Assembly: GCA_019359325.1 (NCBI GenBank) | Contig: JAHHHN010000012.1 | Location: forward strand, 5,995 to 69,994 | Length of the DNA stretch: 64,000 nucleotides | Origin: Mojavia pulchra JT2-VF2 | GTDB taxonomy: Bacteria > Cyanobacteriota > Cyanobacteriia > Cyanobacteriales > Nostocaceae | Direction: 5' to 3' | Shown: positions 54,787 to 61,805 of the stretch, one piece after another | How positions within the stretch are numbered: the first letter of the stretch is position 1 | Layout: every line of letters starts with the position of its first letter | Made by a program: the position numbers and the translations under genes | The notes under the pieces: model-generated | The model's database searches: none | The model's input: the letters and a program-made list of their open reading frames with translations, nothing else | What the model was told of the DNA's origin: nothing

Positions 54787-55870
54787 GATGCTGTTTGGGT
54801 ATCCCGTTTCGGCAACAGCGGAAAATTGGCTTCACGAATGCTTACGCGAGATTCTGTGTTCAATTCATACAAGCCTAAAAGCAGCAGCCACTCTGCCAGC
54901 ATGGCCTGAAATTATTCCAGCGCAATACCGAAAAAGGTTGGAAAAACGCCGAGGGCTGGAAGATAGGTTGAATAATTACAAGACAGCTTTAGAAAAGCTT
55001 ACCACCGCAGAACAGAACCGAATTCTTCAAGCATTCCATGACCAAAATCAGATTGATCTTCTCTTGTCTTGCCAATTGAACTGTGAAGCTATCGGTGATT
55101 TGCCAGAAGTCATTCATGAGCCAGTAAAAAAACTTTTTGAATTTGGGTTTGAACTTCTCACAAAACTGGAAATCCGCGATAAGCACTACAAGGTAATTTA
55201 TGATGCGGCTCCCTCTCATACATGTCCTTTCTGTGGGTGTGAGTACTTTGATGCACCAGAAGCACCCCGTGAAGCATTGGATCATTACCTGGCAGAAAGC
55301 AAATACCCATTTGCTGCTTCAAATTTGCGTAACCTTGTTCCAATGGGAAATAAATGTAACTCTCGCTACAAACTTGCGAAGGATATTCTCTTGAGGAATG
55401 ACGGCACTCGTCGCAAATCGTTTGACCCTTACAACTGTACAGGAATCAGACTCTCTCTCGAAAACAGTCAGCCTTTTGCTGGTACACTTGCACCAACTGG
55501 TCAACTACCGCGATGGCAAATCGAGTTTGGCCCAAACACTGAAGAGGTGATTACTTGGGATGAAGTGTTCCATATCAGAGAACGATATGAAAGAGACGTG
55601 CTAAACGCTGAATTTATAAGTTGGCTAAGGTATTTCCAGTCTTGGTGCAAATCTGCGAAAATTGCGCCTAGTTCTGACCAAGAATTGATGGATGCGCTCA
55701 ATCGTTGTGCAACCCACTGCGAAGAGATGGGGATTAGCGATCGCGCGTTCTTAAAAGCCGCTGTATTCCGAATGTTGCACACACATTGCCAGCAAGGTGA
55801 TCAACGACTTATTTCATTGATCATGAGTATTGTGAACCCAGGACAAACCAATTTGCGGCAAGCCCCGTAA
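54776..55870 (+). CDS. HNH-family nuclease (Septu PtuB-like) overlapping the ATPase gene end
   Basis: HTCPFCGC...ALDHYLAESKYP...NLVPMGNKCNSRYK = Cys pair, His, Asn-Asn of HNH motif. Confidence 0.65.
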   Translation: MRCRMLFGYPVSATAENWLHECLREILCSIHTSLKAAATLPAWPEIIPAQYRKRLEKRRGLEDRLNNYKTALEKLTTAEQNRILQAFHDQNQIDLLLSCQLNCEAIGDLPEVIHEPVKKLFEFGFELLTKLEIRDKHYKVIYDAAPSHTCPFCGCEYFDAPEAPREALDHYLAESKYPFAASNLRNLVPMGNKCNSRYKLAKDILLRNDGTRRKSFDPYNCTGIRLSLENSQPFAGTLAPTGQLPRWQIEFGPNTEEVITWDEVFHIRERYERDVLNAEFISWLRYFQSWCKSAKIAPSSDQELMDALNRCATHCEEMGISDRAFLKAAVFRMLHTHCQQGDQRLISLIMSIVNPGQTNLRQAP

Positions 55871-55972
55871 ACTAAATCAATTTTGACGCGATCGCTTTTA
55901 TCCTACATCCTCATAGTTTGTAAACTGTAGTAGCCCAAAATTCTACTATTTGTTTACTGGTGTAGCTATTAT

Positions 55973-56266
55973 ATGAGCGATAAGGGTAAAAAAGAAACAA
56001 AAATGTATATTTATATTACAGATGTTGTATTCGTTGCTTGGAATAAAGACAGAGGAGAGCTTTTAAAGCGATTGCGTGGGAAAAAATCGCGGCAGAAACT
56101 AGCTGATGAAATTGCAGCCAAGGGAGGTGAATGCTCCCATCAAAACATTAAAAAACTAGAGTATGGTGAGTCTGAAAGTGTTTCTATAAAAGTATTAGAG
56201 GCTATTTGTGCTGCATTGAATATTTCTCTGAGCGACTTCCTTAGCGTTGTAGAAGTGACTCATTAA
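55973..56266 (+). CDS. XRE-family HTH regulator (97 aa)
   Basis: SRQKLADEIAAKGGECSHQNIKKLEYGE...LEAICAALNISLSDFL HTH signature. Confidence 0.65.
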   Translation: MSDKGKKETKMYIYITDVVFVAWNKDRGELLKRLRGKKSRQKLADEIAAKGGECSHQNIKKLEYGESESVSIKVLEAICAALNISLSDFLSVVEVTH

Positions 56267-56317
56267 AGTTTTGGATATCTTCTTGCTTTTTAGCTACTAA
56301 AGTTACTAATATATCTT

Positions 56318-56701
56318 ATGAAATCAAAAAGGCGATCGCCCTCCGGCAAGAGAAATGCGATCGCCTTTTGTTCAACCCCGTTAATGAGGTCACTCATGAT
56401 GATTGTACAAGATGACTTTAGCAACTCAGCCTTGGCTGAATCAGAGTTTGAGGAATATATTGACCACCTGGCCGACCCAGTAGCACCAGAAATTGAAATT
56501 GACTCAGTAGCAGATGACTTGGGTGAACTGTATCGAGTCTGGAATGGTTCTCAACTACTTGGCACTTTCTACCAAAATCTGGAAAGTAAATGGATAGCAC
56601 AACCCTGTAATAGCGATGACAGGCAATGCTGTGACACTCCTTTGGCAGCGCAAATAATCATCATCGCTGTTAATGGCTTACTTGTAGCCGACGTAGCATA
56701 A
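56318..56701 (+). CDS. Hypothetical acidic protein (true start probably internal, ~100 aa)
   Basis: ORF only; N-terminal 20 codons contain two HIP1 sites and look non-coding. Confidence 0.3.
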   Translation: MKSKRRSPSGKRNAIAFCSTPLMRSLMMIVQDDFSNSALAESEFEEYIDHLADPVAPEIEIDSVADDLGELYRVWNGSQLLGTFYQNLESKWIAQPCNSDDRQCCDTPLAAQIIIIAVNGLLVADVA

Positions 56702-56893
56702 CACACAAAGCATTTATCCCATCGACTTGGAGAGGTGATTCAATCACCTCTCTTTTTTGTATGCTTTGTCAAGTTCACTTTCTAGAAATGCACTGGCTCT
56801 TTGAGAACAGTTTTCTCGCAAAGCAGCAACTCTGACAACCTTCCAGCGCATAATTTCTTCTCTACATTCATCAAGCTGCTTGATTCGCCCTAG

Positions 56894-57076
56894 TTTGAGC
56901 AACGCCTAACGGCATCAAGCCACGAATCACAAATTTGTCTACCCCGTTCGTACCATTCTTCTCTATTTTGAGCAACGCCTAACGGCATCAAGCCACGAAT
57001 CACCTGCAAAAAAGGAATTTGTGCTTGTTGAGACCCGTACTTGAGCAACGCCTAACGGCATCAAGCCACGAATCAC
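56894..57076. CRISPR. CRISPR mini-array: 3 x 37-bp repeats ([T/C]TTGAGCAACGCCTAACGGCATCAAGCCACGAATCAC) at 56894-56930, 56967-57003, 57040-57076 with two 36-bp spacers
   Basis: Direct reading; third repeat differs at its first base. The array lies ~250 bp downstream of cas5 on the minus strand, so it is probably transcribed on the minus strand (repeat then reads GTGATTCGTGG...GTTGCTCAAR). Confidence 0.85.
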
Positions 57077-57324
57077 AGCAAAGCTGAAAATCCTTAACTG
57101 AGGAAGGCTCATTTACAATCTTACAAGTACCTTCCAGATCAAGAAACCAAAAACTCAAAACCTACCAAAGTTTCCCTTATTTTCAGCCCCTCAAACCCAG
57201 TGCTGATCAACTTTTCCAAAAATAGCAAGCACCTTTTTCCTTGCCTCAATTCCCATATCCCTTACCGTGTAAACCTTGCCGCCATTCTTTTACCCTGAAT
57301 TCCCTTTCCAATAAGAGATACTTG

Positions 57325-57963
57325 TCAAATTGGAGATTGAATCATCGTCCACGCCAAATCAGGAGGAGGTGAGCTTGACATTTCCTCAATCCGATACCTC
57401 AAAAATCGGGTATTTCTTGACCCCACATGGTCAACCCAATAGGGTAAGGTTAACCTACCTCGATTATCCCTAATTACCCACTGTCTCACCCCCCCAAGAT
57501 AATCTTGGGAGACAAGTTTGATTGATTTAATCAACTGATCACTTTCTCCTAAAAATAAACAACCAAATCGTCTTACTAGCTCAGGATGGTCAAACGCTAA
57601 CTGTATCCTCTCCCTTAAACTTGGTTGTATTTTCTCCCCCTCAGAACGAACCCAAATCAAACACTTGAGATTAGACAAAATTTCTTGATAACCGGGAATA
57701 ACATTCTCTGGATGGCTAAAATCAGCATTTTTAAACCGTCTCATTTGACGCAAAATTCGCGACTTTTTGGGGCTAGATAACATTGCGATCGCCAATTCTA
57801 CCCCACAGTGGCGATAAACATCCGTTTCCCCTACCAAAGACAACAACATCCCATACACTGTTGCTGGAGATGGGACAGGATAGGTTTTTCCCATTTCTCT
57901 TGCATGGGACTCCCGAAAAGTCGCAAAGGGAACATCCAAATAGAGAATTAATGGTGCAATCAT
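57325..57963 (-). CDS. cas5: Cas5 (type I Cascade subunit)
   Basis: N-terminus MIAPLILYLDVPFATFRESHAREMGKTYPVPSPATVYGMLLSLVGE is the Cas5 RAMP signature. Confidence 0.75.
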   Translation of the reverse strand: MIAPLILYLDVPFATFRESHAREMGKTYPVPSPATVYGMLLSLVGETDVYRHCGVELAIAMLSSPKKSRILRQMRRFKNADFSHPENVIPGYQEILSNLKCLIWVRSEGEKIQPSLRERIQLAFDHPELVRRFGCLFLGESDQLIKSIKLVSQDYLGGVRQWVIRDNRGRLTLPYWVDHVGSRNTRFLRYRIEEMSSSPPPDLAWTMIQSPI

Positions 57964-58928
57964 TTTGATTCTTCTAAGCCCAAATCTCTTTTAATGACTG
58001 TTTTCAAGTCTTCAATCAGTTCATTTCGATTACGATAAATATGCGCCTTATTAAAAGTGGAATTCTCAAAATTATCCAATTCCTGTAACTCTTTGACCAT
58101 TGTTCCCCCAATCCACAATTGGCTAGGGTCAATCTGTCCGCATTCCACTTCATCGATAAATTCTTTTGTAAATTTTGCTTCCTTACTCTTAGGCTCACAA
58201 TATTCAAAGCAATAGGAAATGTATGAAGCAAAATTATTTGTCCATTGCAATACCAAACTATCGGGACAGAAAGGATAGTTAAAAATATTGCTACTCCCTC
58301 CTACCTTGGGTAATTCCATAATCCCATCTATCAGAGGTAAAATCCGCGAATAGTTTTTGAGATGAGTGGCATTAATTCCAAAATAATATTGATATCGAGT
58401 TGCGTGATATTCTGTAATATGGAGCGATGTACTATCCTTTTCCCTGCCACTTTTCGCCCCTAACTTGACTGCACCATCATAAGGCGTTAGCGAAACAGCC
58501 ATATTCATCGCTAAAGCACCAATTCGCTGATTAGGAGTGCTGGTTTTTTTTTGTTTCTTTTTTCTCTTTGTTGTTGAAGTCTCCTCCTCTGTCTCCGCAG
58601 ACTCTAATAAAGCAAACCCAAAAATATCATCATCATAAAATTGTTCTGGATCAAAATCTTCACTTGTTAACCGATTAATATGTTCATCTTCATCCCAAAC
58701 TCGATTAACTAAATAACCTTGCTTTTGAAGATAAAAGCGTAACGCCCAACGAATCGCGCTAGAACCTACAAAAGAATGAATTTTACCATTCCAATAGCCT
58801 TTTTGTAGAATAGTTTTATTTCCTCGTCTGATGTCATGATTTAAGGAGGCTAACCCATAACGAGTGAGGACTGTTCCGTAAAGATAATAATTGGGGATAT
58901 TATTGTCATTCTTCTTCTGACTCATCAT
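57960..58928 (-). CDS. cas7: Cas7 (type I-B Cascade backbone subunit)
   Basis: YLYGTVLTRYGLASLNHD...GSSAIRWALR N-terminus and glycine-rich thumb; 322 aa; start overlaps cas8 end. Confidence 0.75.
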   Translation of the reverse strand: MMSQKKNDNNIPNYYLYGTVLTRYGLASLNHDIRRGNKTILQKGYWNGKIHSFVGSSAIRWALRFYLQKQGYLVNRVWDEDEHINRLTSEDFDPEQFYDDDIFGFALLESAETEEETSTTKRKKKQKKTSTPNQRIGALAMNMAVSLTPYDGAVKLGAKSGREKDSTSLHITEYHATRYQYYFGINATHLKNYSRILPLIDGIMELPKVGGSSNIFNYPFCPDSLVLQWTNNFASYISYCFEYCEPKSKEAKFTKEFIDEVECGQIDPSQLWIGGTMVKELQELDNFENSTFNKAHIYRNRNELIEDLKTVIKRDLGLEESK

Positions 58929-60537
58929 TCACTTCTTCTGGTTTTTGATTGTTTGTAGATAAACTATCATCCCCACTGGTGGATTTATCTTTGGGTTTAT
59001 AACTGGCGATCGCTAACAATGACCAAATTCTTAGTTCTTGCCAAGGTGATTTTTTGATTAGTAGTGAAATTTCTTCTTGATGCTGATTAAAATACTTATT
59101 TAATCCCCCTCTTACTAAAAAGTCAGATAAATATTCCTTAAACGACAATTCATCATAACAATAGTTTAGCTCCGCCCTTAATCGTTCAACCTTCTTCTTA
59201 ATGGGAGGGTCTTTCCCTTCCTCAGCTTTAGCATACATTTTAGCAAAATTGCCTTTCATCGCTTGCTGAAATACCTTGATAAAAATAAGATACTGCTTGT
59301 CTTCTTCGCTATTCTCTGCCATTCTTATGAATCCTTCCCGATTGGGAAATATTTGGTTAAATAAGTATTCTTTTGAATCCTCTATCACCAATTTTTCCCA
59401 AAAATTAGACCACCAATGAATTCCCGTCACTAAATTATCAGCAATCAGCGAGCGAATTGGATTTACGTTAATAAAAATTTGCTTAGGTTTAATCTTCTGA
59501 TAATTTGCTTGAAAATATTTTTGAACCTGTTGATAAGTGATTAAAGTATTTTTATCAATTTCAATTTCTTGTATACTCATCAATGTTCTTTGACGAGAAG
59601 CTTGATTCATTTTTTCATATAACCAAACTTGACAAGCTTGATAGTAGTCGCCTTCAAGCTGAATATCGTCTAAGCTGTAATAAAGTAATCCTGCTTCACC
59701 AAGGCTACTAACATGAAGCTGTTTTGTTTCTAATTGCTGTAATCGCCATCTTCTTTGAGAAGCGTCTTCAAAATCCTTGATTTCTGGAATCACCACCAGG
59801 TAGCGATGGGGTTTCTTTCCCTTCAAGTCTTCTGATGGGATATGAAGTAAGCAATAATGACAAACTACTGGTACAAATAATAATGCTAAGGCGTATTCAG
59901 GTTTCTCTTCTAGTTTTGTAGTATTCTGCGTCCTAGCATGGCGAACAATTCCCCCTAAATACAACCAACTGGTTATTTGAACATAATCATGTCTGAGTTG
60001 TTGGGTATCTACTTCGTATAACTTCTCTGCAAAGGTTTGATGTGCGTACCAAGTTAGGGATTTGTATTGATACTCGACTTTTTTTTCTTCAAACTTTAGT
60101 TCAGTGTTAACTATCTCTCCCGCTTGATAAAACTGGTTATGACGCAGAAAAACAGCACACATTCCCTCATGAATATGAATTTTCTGACTTAAATCTATTG
60201 CATCATTGTCTAATCCTGTTAAATGAATTAAACCTGTATCATCTAATTGAAAAGACCCTTTAATTAACCAAGATAGGGCGACAAAAACACTTCCTTGCCA
60301 GAATAATTCAATAGTATCAGCAGTCAAAGACCATGATATATGTCCTCCGCGTTGACGAGATGAGGGATATTGCTTTTCTAATCGCTTTAAAGTCATGTAT
60401 AGTCCCGTCATTCCCACGCGGTGCATTATTGTCGTATCCGCAGCATTGAGAGATAGGGAGATTTTGGGTTGGGTAGCAACCATGATCAGGTTTCCTCTTC
60501 TTCCTTGCTGCGAGTCGCTGGGACAAATATTCCACAC
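58906..60537 (-). CDS. cas8: Cas8b-like large subunit
   Basis: 543 aa protein encoded between cas6 and cas7 in an overlapping operon; no strong motif, assignment by position and size. Confidence 0.6.
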   Translation of the reverse strand: MWNICPSDSQQGRRGNLIMVATQPKISLSLNAADTTIMHRVGMTGLYMTLKRLEKQYPSSRQRGGHISWSLTADTIELFWQGSVFVALSWLIKGSFQLDDTGLIHLTGLDNDAIDLSQKIHIHEGMCAVFLRHNQFYQAGEIVNTELKFEEKKVEYQYKSLTWYAHQTFAEKLYEVDTQQLRHDYVQITSWLYLGGIVRHARTQNTTKLEEKPEYALALLFVPVVCHYCLLHIPSEDLKGKKPHRYLVVIPEIKDFEDASQRRWRLQQLETKQLHVSSLGEAGLLYYSLDDIQLEGDYYQACQVWLYEKMNQASRQRTLMSIQEIEIDKNTLITYQQVQKYFQANYQKIKPKQIFINVNPIRSLIADNLVTGIHWWSNFWEKLVIEDSKEYLFNQIFPNREGFIRMAENSEEDKQYLIFIKVFQQAMKGNFAKMYAKAEEGKDPPIKKKVERLRAELNYCYDELSFKEYLSDFLVRGGLNKYFNQHQEEISLLIKKSPWQELRIWSLLAIASYKPKDKSTSGDDSLSTNNQKPEEVNDESEEE

Positions 60538-61148
60538 ATCATTTTTCGTTTCCCGCCAATTCCCTGTTCTTGCAACGTTAAGGAATCTTCTGGGTTGAGT
60601 GAGCTAATTTTTATGCCAAATCCTCTAACTTTAAACTGTTTCCCTTTTTGATTGATGGTTAATTGTCTTTTTTGAGGTGTTCCATCTTGTCGGGTAAGAA
60701 GTTCAATTTTTCCTTGTATTCCTTTATTATCCAGTTGCCGTTGCACAGCTTCAATAAAGTTAGTCGAGTCTTGAAAACCTGTAATTATGACTAATCTGGA
60801 ATAGACACTTTCTGAAGAAATTAACGGTTTGTAGTCGGGAATATCTAGTTGATAAGAATTTTGACCTATGTGAAAAGCTTGACCTGCTAAATAAAGATAA
60901 ATTAAAGGAATTTGTTGATGATGAATCCGAATTTTGAGGCGAGATTGAGCAGTAAGTTCAAGCAAATTATTTCTTGTCGGTATTCCAGCAATCGGATGAA
61001 TACCAATAGACTCTAGTTCGTGAAGGATAGGACAAATCCTGCACAATGCGCTATAGATAACATAACCATTATCAAGAGGAATCGGTGCGCCTCTGAGCTT
61101 AAACGTTAAGTCTACATATTCCTCACTTTGAATTAATATGGCTGCCAT
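60486..61148 (-). CDS. cas6: Cas6 crRNA endoribonuclease
   Basis: C-terminal glycine-rich loop GIGGKRKMMCGIFVP and ferredoxin-like N-terminus; 220 aa. Confidence 0.75.
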   Translation of the reverse strand: MAAILIQSEEYVDLTFKLRGAPIPLDNGYVIYSALCRICPILHELESIGIHPIAGIPTRNNLLELTAQSRLKIRIHHQQIPLIYLYLAGQAFHIGQNSYQLDIPDYKPLISSESVYSRLVIITGFQDSTNFIEAVQRQLDNKGIQGKIELLTRQDGTPQKRQLTINQKGKQFKVRGFGIKISSLNPEDSLTLQEQGIGGKRKMMCGIFVPATRSKEEEET

Positions 61149-61419
61149 AGATGGAAATTTCGAGAAAAATTTAAAGATGGCAGAGTTTGTTTAATACATC
61201 AACATTCTCTTGTGCAAAATTGCTCTCATTGTCATCGCCAACTAATTTGGTTAGACTAGCAATCCAGTTTAGGCTATTGTTCGCAATGTTCTCAATGGTT
61301 AGGAGGATATTATACTACTCCAGTAGTTACTCACAACAGTTCGATAGCCGAAAGTCTCTATCCCATACCAGCATGAACCGCTTCTGCTCCCTTCTAAAAA
61401 AATCCGGCGCTTTCCTGCT

Positions 61420-61595
61420 TTCTATGCTTAATTGGACTCACGGCAAGCTTATCCTTCCAACTGGGACTTGCGGCAAATTTATGGTTCCAAACTGGCAATT
61501 GCATCCAAAATTAGCTGACGCAAGAATGAGGGTTATAGTGACATTGACGGCAAAGTTATGGTTCCAGTAGCGGCAAAGTTATGGGTAAAGTCACA
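61420..61595. repeat. cas6-proximal transposon end with 4-5 dispersed TnsB-type repeats (cggcaagcttatccttcca, gcggcaaatttatggttcca, gacggcaaagttatggttcca, gcggcaaagttatgggtaaagtcaca)
   Basis: Direct reading; terminal 26 bp exact inverted repeat of 42661-42686. Confidence 0.75.
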
Positions 61596-61805
61596 AAATT
61601 TTGTGGCAACTTATGCTTGTTGTCACAAAATCGCAGTTTATGCTTGTAAGTCTCGGTAGTGTGCATGATGCTAAATCGCATGGCTGTACTCTAAATGTGC
61701 TGTTTTCAATCATTTGGAGCAAGCGAATAACCATAATGACAGGCATTATGGAAAAAGGTTGAATTTAATGGCTTATTGGCTGTTATTCAGTTCTATAAAT
61801 AACTC

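Larger units (their letters stand above)
42661..61595. mobile_element. Tn7-like CRISPR-associated transposon (type I-B CAST architecture), ~18.9 kb: ends TGTGACTTTACCCATAACTTTGCCGC ... GCGGCAAAGTTATGGGTAAAGTCACA, flanking 5-bp duplication AAATT(T)
   Basis: The 26-bp termini are exact reverse complements of each other. Repeated TnsB-type motifs (CGGCAAAGTTATGGTTCCA) lie inside both ends. Gene content is tnsAB-tnsC-tnsD, tniQ, cas6-cas8-cas7-cas5 and a CRISPR array. The element sits 32 bp downstream of a tRNA gene. Confidence 0.85.

Noticed and set aside
56894-57076. Assigning a definite strand to the CRISPR array
   Set aside because: Neither orientation shows the canonical GTTT...GAAAC repeat ends. 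Position downstream of cas5 favours minus-strand transcription, but strand is left unassigned in the feature
61187-61570. ORF 61187..61570 (+, 127 aa)
   Set aside because: Runs across the transposon end repeats (TnsB-type sites translate as fortuitous ORF)
61603-61628. Possible CRP/NtcA-type operator TGTG...CACA
   Set aside because: Half-site spacing (17 bp) does not fit CRP (TGTGA-N6-TCACA) or NtcA (GTA-N8-TAC) consensus
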